From a bacterium (GTDB lineage Bacteria > J088 > JAWLBW01), in NCBI GenBank assembly GCA_041690355.1, contig JAWLHK010000014.1:62001-110192 (forward strand): a DNA stretch of 48,192 nt. The letters are read 5' to 3'. The position numbers were made by a program, and so were the translations under genes. The notes beneath the pieces were generated by a model. It did no database searches. It was not told the origin of the DNA and saw only the letters and a program-made list of their open reading frames with translations. Positions 9,238 through 16,516 of the stretch are shown here, piece after piece; the stretch's first letter is position 1; each line of letters begins with the position of its first letter.

Positions 9238-9786
9238 TCAGATCGTCACCGTCTCGCTCACCACGCAATCCAGCGGCACATCCCACGGATCGGTGGGGAG
9301 CGCGTCGACCAGCTGGAATGCGTAGGCGATGCCGATCGTGAACGGCTTGCGGCGGCAGTCGGCGAGGGTCTTGTCGTAGTAGCCGGCCCCCAGGCCCAGG
9401 CGGTTCCGCGTGCGATCGAATGCGAGCCCGGGCACGAGCACGGCGTCGAGTTCGTCCATCGGGATGGCGGGCACGTCCGGCTCGGGCTGGCGCACGCCAC
9501 GCGGGCCGGCGCCGATGCGCGCCGGATCGTAGGCGGCGAACTCCAGCGTGCCGTCGGGCAGCAGCCGGGGCAGAAACGGCGCCGGGCCTGATCCTGCGGA
9601 GTCGAGGAGCGGCGTGACGTCGACCTCGTTCCACAGGGGCAGGTAGAGCCCGATGCGGGCGGCGTTGCGGAATTGCGGAACCTCGGCCAGCCGCCGCAGC
9701 ACGCGCGCCGAGCGCACGGCCACGTCCTCGGGCGCGAGCGCGCGCCGCAACGTCAGCAAATGGTCACGAAGGTGTACCTTGGTCAA
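9238..9786 (-). CDS. ygfA: 5-formyltetrahydrofolate cyclo-ligase
   Basis: Motifs YLPLWNEVD, LVPGLAFD, RLGLGAGYYDK, WDVPLD; position downstream of 6S RNA. Likely TTG start at 9786 (MTKVHLRDHLLTLRRAL); the track's longer N-terminus is translated repeat DNA. Confidence 0.93.
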   Translation of the reverse strand: MTKVHLRDHLLTLRRALAPEDVAVRSARVLRRLAEVPQFRNAARIGLYLPLWNEVDVTPLLDSAGSGPAPFLPRLLPDGTLEFAAYDPARIGAGPRGVRQPEPDVPAIPMDELDAVLVPGLAFDRTRNRLGLGAGYYDKTLADCRRKPFTIGIAYAFQLVDALPTDPWDVPLDCVVSETVTI

Positions 9787-9817
9787 TTTACAATTTACGA
9801 TTGACGATTGACGATTT
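9784..9817. repeat. Heptamer array (MAATYGT family), inverted relative to 9872-10099
   Basis: Minus strand aaatcgt caatcgt caatcgt aaattgt aaaTTG, ending in the ygfA start codon. Confidence 0.85.
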
Positions 9818-9871
9818 TTCCGGACAAAAGACCAAAAGACCAGGCGAAGTAAAAACGGCGCTTCGGCTTGT

Positions 9872-10099
9872 GAAATTGTCAATCGTCAATTGTCAATCGT
9901 CAATTCAAAGACGCGAGGCTTGTGCTCTTGCTTCTGAAAATTGTCAATCGTCAATCGTCAATCGTCAATTCAAGGACGCGAGGCTTGTGCTCTGGCTTCT
10001 GAAAATTGTCAATCGTCAATCGTCAATCGTCAATTCAAGGACGCGAGGCTTGTGCTCTGGCTTCTGAAAATCGTCAATCGTCAATTGTCAATCGTCAAT
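9872..10099. repeat. Compound tandem repeat: ~3.5 x 65-bp units, each four AATYGTC heptamers plus a constant ~31-bp linker
   Basis: Units start at 9872, 9936, 10001 and 10066; linker TCAARGACGCGAGGCTTGTGCTCTKGCTTCT is nearly identical each time. Confidence 0.95.
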
Positions 10100-10107
10100 G
10101 AAAAGGA

Positions 10108-10290
10108 TGCCCCCGCCTGTGCCGCCTGAGATGGAGCCGTCTCGAACCTGACGGTAAGGTGGGTGCCGTTTTACGGCCGTCTGACTTCCCCCCGCCAGGG
10201 AGGGCATGCCATAGGCCGCAAGGGACAGCTCCCGAGAGGACTATTTGGGTTCGGAGGATAACCTCTCAAAAGCGAACACTGCAGGGGCAA
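10108..10290 (-). ncRNA. ssrS: 6S RNA (SsrS)
   Basis: ~183 nt between zapA and ygfA (canonical synteny). 5' TTGCCCCTGCAGTGTTCG pairs with 3' CGGCACAGGCGGGGGCA; internal GAACCC..GGGAGC and CACCCACCTT..GGTTC motifs resemble 6S central-bubble flanks. Confidence 0.88.
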
Positions 10291-10337
10291 TTTCGCGGCC
10301 CCGTGCAGGTCGACTGCAGGGGACCGATTGAGGTGAT

Positions 10338-10348
10338 ATTTTAGCACA
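10338..10348 (-). promoter_or_regulatory. Extended -10 promoter upstream of 6S RNA
   Basis: Minus strand TGTGCTAAAAT (TGn-TAAAAT) about 50 nt upstream of the predicted 5' end. Confidence 0.55.
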
Positions 10349-10366
10349 TCCGAGGGGGCGGGGCCG

Positions 10367-10546
10367 CAGTCTCCACTCCTCAGTCGTCCGTCATCGGTCC
10401 GTCTGAATCTTCCTGGGGCGGAACTCAGGGGGGCGGTGATTTTCGGGGGACCTGTGGATGCGGGAACCCCGGGGTCCTCTGGGGTTTCGCGGGAGCCAAG
10501 CCAGTGTTTTTCTTAGGTATTCAGAATCCGGAATCCGGAATGCGGA
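10367..10546. repeat. Two degenerate heptamer arrays bracketing the zapA-6S spacer
   Basis: 10367-10401 cagtctc cactcct cagtcgt ccgtcat cggtccg; 10516-10546 ggtattc agaatcc ggaatcc ggaatgc gga. Confidence 0.65.
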
Positions 10547-10559
10547 CGCGCAGGGGCAC

Positions 10560-10904
10560 TCAACCGAGCAGCTTTTCGAGCTCGACGCCCGGCTCGGCGC
10601 CGGTTTCGGCTTCGAGCCGCTCCACGAGCGCCAGGGTACGCTCGGTGGTCGCTTCGCGCAACGCTTCGAGCTCGACCCGGCAGTCGAGCAGCTCCCGGTT
10701 CACCTCGAGGGCGACCAGAATGGCCAGCCGGATGGTGTCGACGGCGCCGCTGCGCTGGCGGATGCGCTCGACGCGCGCCCGCAGGTCGGCGACGACCTGC
10801 TCGACTTCGGCCGCCGGCTGCTCGGTGCGGATGTGCAGCCTGACCCCCAGCAGGTCGACCGGAATGGCCGGCGCGCCCGACGTCGTGGAGCGCGACTCAC
10901 TCAT
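10560..10904 (-). CDS. zapA: Cell division protein ZapA
   Basis: VDLLGVRLHIRT...VEQVVADLRARVERI...DTIRLAILVALEVNRELL fits ZapA; upstream of ssrS-ygfA. Confidence 0.85.
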   Translation of the reverse strand: MSESRSTTSGAPAIPVDLLGVRLHIRTEQPAAEVEQVVADLRARVERIRQRSGAVDTIRLAILVALEVNRELLDCRVELEALREATTERTLALVERLEAETGAEPGVELEKLLG

Positions 10905-11112
10905 CGAGCTCCTTCAGGGCCCGATCGAGGCGCTCGAGCAGCGCCCCCTTGAGCAGGTCGGTCTGCTCGCGTTCGGCCCGTATCGCCTGCAGCTCGCGCA
11001 CGCTCTCTTCGAGCTTCGTACGCAGCCGGCGATTCTCGGCAATGAGCTCCCGGTGCAGGCGCAACAGCCCGGCAACCTTGGACTCGAGAAGATCGAATTC
11101 CGCCAGTTTCAT
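10897..11112 (-). CDS. zapB: ZapB-like coiled-coil cell division protein
   Basis: FDLLESKVAGLLRLHRELIAENRRLRTKLEE coiled coil directly upstream of zapA. ATG 11112 preferred because ATG 11124 abuts the -10 box. Confidence 0.7.
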   Translation of the reverse strand: MKLAEFDLLESKVAGLLRLHRELIAENRRLRTKLEESVRELQAIRAEREQTDLLKGALLERLDRALKELDE

Positions 11113-11124
11113 CGTGGATGCCAT

Positions 11125-11153
11125 ATCATAAACGGGGGCGCTCCACTCGTCAA
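11125..11153 (-). promoter_or_regulatory. Sigma70 promoter of the zapB-zapA operon
   Basis: Minus strand TTGACG-N17-TATGAT. Confidence 0.75.
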
Positions 11154-11199
11154 GCGCTTTCTCGGAAATACATGATAAGTGCCGATTCTGGCGGGTGAT

Positions 11200-11817
11200 T
11201 CAGGCTTTGCGCGGCGCGTAAAGCGACTGCACGCTGCGCACGCCGCAGCGGTTGGCCGCGGGGCCCGGGCGCGCCCCGGCAAAGGCACCCCACCCCGCCG
11301 CTTCCGCCAATCCAAGGGCGGTGTGATCGAGCAGGCGGGGCTCGCCCGGCAGGGGCACGGCGGTTTCCCAATCCGTTCCGATCCGGATGTCGGCAGGGTC
11401 GAAGTTGGCGAGCAGCGATCCACCCGCCACAAGGCGTTCGGCCCAGTCGCCCACGGCCCGGGCCTTATCCGCGAGAAAGTGCAGGACGTGCACGGCCGTG
11501 ACCAGATCAAAGCTTCCGCCGAAGGGCAAGGCGGTGGCGTCGGCCTGCACGAAGCGCAGGTTCGGGGGGAGCGCACTGCCGTCGACGAAACCGGCGTGCA
11601 GGTCGACGGCCACGATCGTGACGTCGGGGCGCTCGCGGGCCGCTTCGCGCACGGCCACCCCCACGCCGCACCCCAGATCGAGCCAGCGGCCGCCGGGGGG
11701 AATGCGGGCGAGAACGTCGGCGCCGAGCTCCGTGGCATAGGAATTGGGGCCCCGCAGCCGCCGGAAGCGGTTCATGACCCCGCCGGCCAGGGCGCGAATC
11801 GAGGCGTCGGCGCTCAT
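11200..11817 (-). CDS. Class I SAM-dependent methyltransferase
   Basis: WLDLGCGVG, VAVDL, FVQADATALPF..FDLVTAVHVLHF; ATG overlaps the VWA gene stop (ATGA). Confidence 0.85.
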   Translation of the reverse strand: MSADASIRALAGGVMNRFRRLRGPNSYATELGADVLARIPPGGRWLDLGCGVGVAVREAARERPDVTIVAVDLHAGFVDGSALPPNLRFVQADATALPFGGSFDLVTAVHVLHFLADKARAVGDWAERLVAGGSLLANFDPADIRIGTDWETAVPLPGEPRLLDHTALGLAEAAGWGAFAGARPGPAANRCGVRSVQSLYAPRKA

Positions 11818-13211
11818 AGGACGATGCTGTCGATGACCCGCCGCAGCTGGTTCAGGGTGCGCACCTCTTCGGCCATGTCGCACCAGCGCAGGTAGCGCGG
11901 CATCTCGCTGTCGCCGACGCCCCAGCTGCGCTTGCCCTCGGGATTCAGCCAGATGAGCTTCTTGGCCTTCTGCTGAATGTCGCGCAGCACCCAGTCGTTG
12001 GGCGGATTGTAGTTGTTGCGCCCGTCGCCCAGGATGATGACGGTCGTGCGCTTATTGATCGTGTGCAGCTGGTCGCGGTGAAAGTCGGCGAACGCCTTGC
12101 CGAAGTTCGAATTCTGCCAGACGTTGATGACCGCGCCGTTGAAGGCCTGCTCGAGCGCCTTGCCCGGATCCTTCTGCTCCTTGAACAGCTCGGTGACCTC
12201 GCCGATGTCGCTCACGAAGATGAAAGAGCGCACGCGCGAAAACAGCTCCTGCACGCTGTAGACGAAGCGCAGCATGAAGGCGCTCGCCTGGCGCACCGAG
12301 TCGCTCACGTCGCAGAGCACGACGAGCTCGGGACGCTCTTTCTTCTTGCGGCGGAATTCGATGTGGAACGGCACGCCCCCCAGGCCGATGTTCTTGCGGA
12401 TGGTCGCCTGCACGTTCAGCGTGCCCCTGCGTTTCGTACGCTTGCGGCGCATCGTCACGCGGGCCTTCAGCTTCTCGGCCAGGGTGCGCACGACGTCTTC
12501 CATGCGCCGCAGCTCGTCGGGGTTCACCGAGAAGAAGCTCTTGTCGAGGATGCTCTTCTCCTGGAAGCGCTTGCGGAAGTCGTGGTGCGTCTTCTCGAAC
12601 TCGCGCCGCACGTACTCCTTGATGACCTCCTGAAACATGCGCATGCGCTGATCGCCCACCCGCTCGAGCTTCTCGGCGAGCTGCCGGTAGCCCTTGCCGC
12701 GCAGGCGGGCCACGTTCTGCTGCATCTGGAAGCGCAGGTTGTACCAGTCGAGCTCTTCGCTCATGCGGTAGCTGTAGTAGCCCTCCTGAAAGGGGCTCGC
12801 GATCTGATCGGCGCCGGTCTTCTGCGCGGCCTGCTGCAGCATCTGCTCGAGGCGCGCCGTGTCGTTGCGCAGGAGCGCCTCCATGAGGGGACTCATCTCC
12901 TGATCGTCGAGCGCCTGGGCCATCTCGTCCCACAGCTGCGACTCTTCGGCGCGGCGCTTGTCGTCGGGATTCTCGAGCGCGGCGCGGATCTTCTCGCCCA
13001 TGCCGCGGAAGTAGAGGTCGAAAACCGAATCGAACGTCTTGCCGTCGCGGTCGCCCTTGATGAGGGTCGTCTTCAGGGCGGCGCGGAAGGCCTCCCGATC
13101 GTTGAGGCCCACGAGCTCGGCCGCCCGGAAGGCGTCGAGGGCCTCGCTCATGCCGACGCGCACTTCATTCTGGCGCAGCAGGTCGATGAAGCGGACGATC
13201 TGTTGGTCCAT
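11814..13211 (-). CDS. VWA domain protein, CoxE-like
   Basis: N-terminal FIDLLRQNEVRVGMSEALDA; MIDAS VLCDVSDSV; VIILGDGRNNY; IWLNPEG..WGVGDSEM. Confidence 0.9.
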   Translation of the reverse strand: MDQQIVRFIDLLRQNEVRVGMSEALDAFRAAELVGLNDREAFRAALKTTLIKGDRDGKTFDSVFDLYFRGMGEKIRAALENPDDKRRAEESQLWDEMAQALDDQEMSPLMEALLRNDTARLEQMLQQAAQKTGADQIASPFQEGYYSYRMSEELDWYNLRFQMQQNVARLRGKGYRQLAEKLERVGDQRMRMFQEVIKEYVRREFEKTHHDFRKRFQEKSILDKSFFSVNPDELRRMEDVVRTLAEKLKARVTMRRKRTKRRGTLNVQATIRKNIGLGGVPFHIEFRRKKKERPELVVLCDVSDSVRQASAFMLRFVYSVQELFSRVRSFIFVSDIGEVTELFKEQKDPGKALEQAFNGAVINVWQNSNFGKAFADFHRDQLHTINKRTTVIILGDGRNNYNPPNDWVLRDIQQKAKKLIWLNPEGKRSWGVGDSEMPRYLRWCDMAEEVRTLNQLRRVIDSIVL

Positions 13212-13253
13212 ACGGCCCCCGAGGGCGAATACGGCGAAGCGCCGCTTCGCGAA

Positions 13254-14198
13254 TCAGTGCGGGATGCGTCCCCCCGCGGCCTGGTTGGCGCGGGCGACGA
13301 CATAGTTCCGCACATCGTCTTTGGCCTTCTGAATATCCTGCTCGAACTTGAGCACGACGTTCAGGGTGGTCTCGACCAGCTTCGGATCGAGATCGCCGGC
13401 GTTCAGCAGCACGAGGCTCTTCGCCCAGTCGAGCGTCTCGCTGATGCTCGGGAGCTTCTTCAGATCCAGCGTGCGGATGTGATTGACCAGGCGCACCACC
13501 TCTTCGACCAGCCGCGGGCCGGCTTCGGGTACCTTAAGGCGCACGATGTCGATTTCGCGCTCGACGCCCGGAAAGTCGATGAACAGGTGCAGGCAGCGGC
13601 GCTTGAGGGCGTCGCTCATTTCGCGGGCGTTGTTCGAGGTCAGAAAGACGATGGGCGCATGCTTGGCCTTGACCGTCCCCAGCTCGGGCACCGTCACCTG
13701 GAAGTCGCTCAACACCTCGAGCAGAAACGCCTCGAACTCGGGGTCGCTCTTGTCGACCTCGTCGATGAGCAGGGCCACCGGCGCCTCGTTCGTGATGGCG
13801 CGCAGCAGCGGGCGCGGCAGAATGAAGCGTTCAGAAAAGAAGGCGCTTTCCTGCGACGCGATCAGGTCGACCGCCTCGGGGAGCGTTTTGGCCGACTCGG
13901 TGATGACCGAGATCTTGTCCTTGAGAATCTGGGTGTAGAGCAGCTGCTTCCCGTATTCCCACTCATACAGCGCCTTCGTCTCATCGAGCCCTTCGTAGCA
14001 CTGCAGCCGCACGAGCTCGCGATCGAGTGCGGCGGCGGTCGCTTTCGCGAGTTCGGTCTTGCCGACGCCGGCAGGGCCTTCGACCAGAATGGGCTTGTTC
14101 AGGCGGGCGGCGAGAAACACGACAGTCGCAATGTTGCGGTCGGCGATGTAGTTCTGCAGGCGCAGCTTCTCAATGACTTCTTCAATACTGGCGAACAA
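13254..14198 (-). CDS. MoxR-family AAA+ ATPase, CoxD-like
   Basis: Walker A EGPAGVGKTE, RLQCYEGLDE..ALYEWEY, Walker B LLIDEVDK, SDALKRRC. TTG start at 14198 with a GGGGAG RBS. Confidence 0.93.
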   Translation of the reverse strand: MFASIEEVIEKLRLQNYIADRNIATVVFLAARLNKPILVEGPAGVGKTELAKATAAALDRELVRLQCYEGLDETKALYEWEYGKQLLYTQILKDKISVITESAKTLPEAVDLIASQESAFFSERFILPRPLLRAITNEAPVALLIDEVDKSDPEFEAFLLEVLSDFQVTVPELGTVKAKHAPIVFLTSNNAREMSDALKRRCLHLFIDFPGVEREIDIVRLKVPEAGPRLVEEVVRLVNHIRTLDLKKLPSISETLDWAKSLVLLNAGDLDPKLVETTLNVVLKFEQDIQKAKDDVRNYVVARANQAAGGRIPH

Positions 14199-14289
14199 CG
14201 CAATTCTCCCCAAAGCTGAATTCCTACACTGTAACAAGGTACGCCCGGGGGCGAAAGTGTCGGCCGACTCCCGCTCCCGGCAGCTCGGC

Positions 14290-15777
14290 TCAGGGTGCGC
14301 AGCGGTAGATCCGGTAGGGACCGCTCGCCGCATGCGCCGAACACGTCGGCGGAACGGTGCATGCATCGCCCCGAGCCAGCAGAAACGGCTGATCGGGCGC
14401 GGCCACGAGACTCGCCCGCCGGTACCGCTGGAGATCGGCCACCAGCTGCCAGTCGCGCGACAACGACTCGGGACACGCCGTCACCATGGCGCGCGGCGGC
14501 AGCGCGAGATTGCCGTATACGAAGGCTGCGACGAATTCGCGATGGCGCACGGGGGTTCCCGCGCGAATTCCGGTGACGGCACCGGCAAGCAGCAGCAGCG
14601 CCGCGGCGGCGAGGGCGACACGCCTTGCATGGCCGGCCAGCCGGAGTTCGATGCGGTGTGCGATCGGCGCCGTCAGTGCGGCAAAGGCCAACACGAAGAA
14701 AGGGAGCGCGGGAAAAAGGTACCAGCGCGATTGCTTGTCGCTGAGCAGAATGGGAAGCGTGCCCGCGAGACCGACGACAAGAAAGAAGAGCGGCACGCCA
14801 CCCCCCGCGATCAAGGCGGGGCCTTCCTGACGCAGGGGCCATCTGCGCAAAACCAATCCGGCCGCGAGCGCGATTCCCGCGGCGACCCCCATTTCGCCCG
14901 CCAGTACCTTGAGCAGGTGAAAATGGCTGCCGCCGGCGACCCGCCGCCCCTCGAAGCGCGCCAGAACCTGCTGGTCGAGATACTGGCGAACGAAAGCCAT
15001 CGCCTCCGGATCCCGTACGACGAGAACCCCGGCGGCCGCCGCCGCGCCGGCGAGCATGGCCAGCGTGACCCCGAGTGCGTGCGCGAAACGTCGGCGTTCG
15101 AGCGTCGCGGCCGCGATCAGAGGCACGGCAAGCGGGAATGCTCCGGCCGGCCCCTTGCTCAGCACGGCCAGGGTAACCATCGCGCCACCGGCGGCTCCCC
15201 AGCCCCAACCGGAAATCGGATTCTTCGCGCGCACCCCGATCAGTGCGGCGAGAATCGCCCCGGCGACGAACAGGGCCATCGTCGACTCGAGCATGTGGCT
15301 GCGGGCCATCCACTGGGTGAGCGGAAGTGCGGCGAACAGGAGGATCGGCCACCATGCGCCCGCTTGGGCAGCAACGGGAGGAGCCATGGCGGTGGTCCGG
15401 CACCAGATGACTGCGAGCAGAAGCATGAGACCGATGGTCTGAACCAGACTCCACAGCGGATCGAGCCCGGGGATGTCGCCGGCCACCCGATAAAGGTGCG
15501 AAGCGATCCAGATCGCCAGCGGCGGCTGTTCGTGGTAGACCCGGCCGGCAGCGCCGATCCAATGGGGATGCCATAGGTCGCCCACCCCCTCGGCCATGTT
15601 GCGCGCCATGGCGGCATAGAGGACGCCGTCGAGAAAACGGCTTACGGTGAGCAGCAGCGGCGAGACCGCGGCCGTGAGTACGGCGACAGCGAAAAGCGTC
15701 AGCGGTCGCCGGAGCGCGACCCGATCGTGGCCGTCCTGGCGCGGCTCGGCAGCCGGGGGGATAGCGGTAAGAGGCAT
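14290..15777 (-). CDS. ArnT/PMT-like (GT-C) membrane glycosyltransferase
   Basis: FLDGVLYAAMARNM, YHEQPPLAIW, LAVLSKGP, SDKQSRWYLFPALP; many TM segments. Exact start uncertain. Confidence 0.85.
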   Translation of the reverse strand: MPLTAIPPAAEPRQDGHDRVALRRPLTLFAVAVLTAAVSPLLLTVSRFLDGVLYAAMARNMAEGVGDLWHPHWIGAAGRVYHEQPPLAIWIASHLYRVAGDIPGLDPLWSLVQTIGLMLLLAVIWCRTTAMAPPVAAQAGAWWPILLFAALPLTQWMARSHMLESTMALFVAGAILAALIGVRAKNPISGWGWGAAGGAMVTLAVLSKGPAGAFPLAVPLIAAATLERRRFAHALGVTLAMLAGAAAAAGVLVVRDPEAMAFVRQYLDQQVLARFEGRRVAGGSHFHLLKVLAGEMGVAAGIALAAGLVLRRWPLRQEGPALIAGGGVPLFFLVVGLAGTLPILLSDKQSRWYLFPALPFFVLAFAALTAPIAHRIELRLAGHARRVALAAAALLLLAGAVTGIRAGTPVRHREFVAAFVYGNLALPPRAMVTACPESLSRDWQLVADLQRYRRASLVAAPDQPFLLARGDACTVPPTCSAHAASGPYRIYRCAP

Positions 15778-15887
15778 CGGAACACGATAGCAGAGAGGCA
15801 CGCCGTTCTGCATGCCTCCTGTCGCACCGCGGCGGTTCGATCTAGACTGAAATCAGGCCCGGCGTGGATGCCGGGCGGGGAGGATTC

Positions 15888-16280
15888 ATGGGGAACCGAC
15901 TGAGCCACCTGACCCTGCAGGCGGCAGAGCGCCTGGCCCTGAGCGGCCGTCTCGACGAAGCCTACGATCTGATGAACAACCTGAAGCATGCCGTGAGCGA
16001 CCGCACGACCTGCGCGCGCTTCCGCAGCTCGCTGCGCGGCGAGATTCTCATCATGCTTCGAGAGCGGTATCCAGACGACATGCGGTACCGCCCGTCAGAG
16101 CACAAGCCGCGCACGCCGCTGCGTCCCGGAGACGAGTATGTGCGCTCGCTGTTCGACGGGATCAGTACGCTGGCCGACGTGATTGTAACGGCCGGGATCG
16201 ACGAGCTCGACCTGCTGCGCATCGTGCATCGGCTGGTCGAAGAACGGCACCTGTTACGCGCCGAAGCGATGGCGGCGTAA
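15888..16280 (+). CDS. Small hypothetical protein with a C-terminal winged-helix-like segment
   Basis: GGAGGA RBS then ATG 15888; EYVRSLFDGISTLADVIVTAGIDELDLLRIVHRLVEERHL resembles the 'xDGxxxxxEI...L..LxxxGxI' wHTH seen in myxobacterial signalling proteins. Confidence 0.65.
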   Translation: MGNRLSHLTLQAAERLALSGRLDEAYDLMNNLKHAVSDRTTCARFRSSLRGEILIMLRERYPDDMRYRPSEHKPRTPLRPGDEYVRSLFDGISTLADVIVTAGIDELDLLRIVHRLVEERHLLRAEAMAA

Positions 16281-16327
16281 CCACTCCGGGCGGTTGAAGC
16301 GCGGCTTCCGGTCGGCGCCCGGGTGTG

Positions 16328-16450
16328 CGACGCCTACGGGGTCGGATCGGCGTCGGGCGTTCCGTATGCTCAAGACTACGACCCCGCCGGGGTCGGAAAT
16401 GCCTTGGGGGGGCGTGCGGAATGCTCAGGCGTACGCCCCCGCCGGGGTCG
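16328..16450. repeat. Three REP-like palindromes CGACCCCGCCGGGGTCG
   Basis: Copies at 16328 (cgacgcctacggggtcg), 16379 (cgaccccgccggggtcg) and 16434 (cgcccccgccggggtcg), ~51-55 bp apart, between convergent genes. Confidence 0.7.
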
Positions 16451-16472
16451 ATGCGCGCCCTTGCCTCCTCGG

Positions 16473-16500
16473 CCATTGACCATTGACAATCGGGCATTGC
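16473..16500. repeat. Heptamer array (CCATTGA family) next to the ggt stop
   Basis: ccattga ccattga caatcgg gcattgc. Confidence 0.65.
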
Positions 16501-16516
16501 CGAGTAGCGCTTCGCG

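Noticed and set aside
9872-10099. CRISPR array (repeat-spacer look, 65-bp period)
   Set aside because: The 'spacers' are near-identical to each other, the 'repeat' is itself a heptamer tandem, and no cas genes are present.
9801-10129. Small ORFs with SSIVNRQ repeats
   Set aside because: Translation products of the heptamer arrays; no RBS or other coding evidence.
15797-15813. Sigma54 promoter GGCACG...TGC upstream of 15888
   Set aside because: GG-to-GC spacing is 11 nt rather than the required 10.
16328-16450. Mini-CRISPR of palindromic repeats
   Set aside because: Repeats are only ~17 bp, degenerate, three copies, with no leader or cas genes; REP-like instead.
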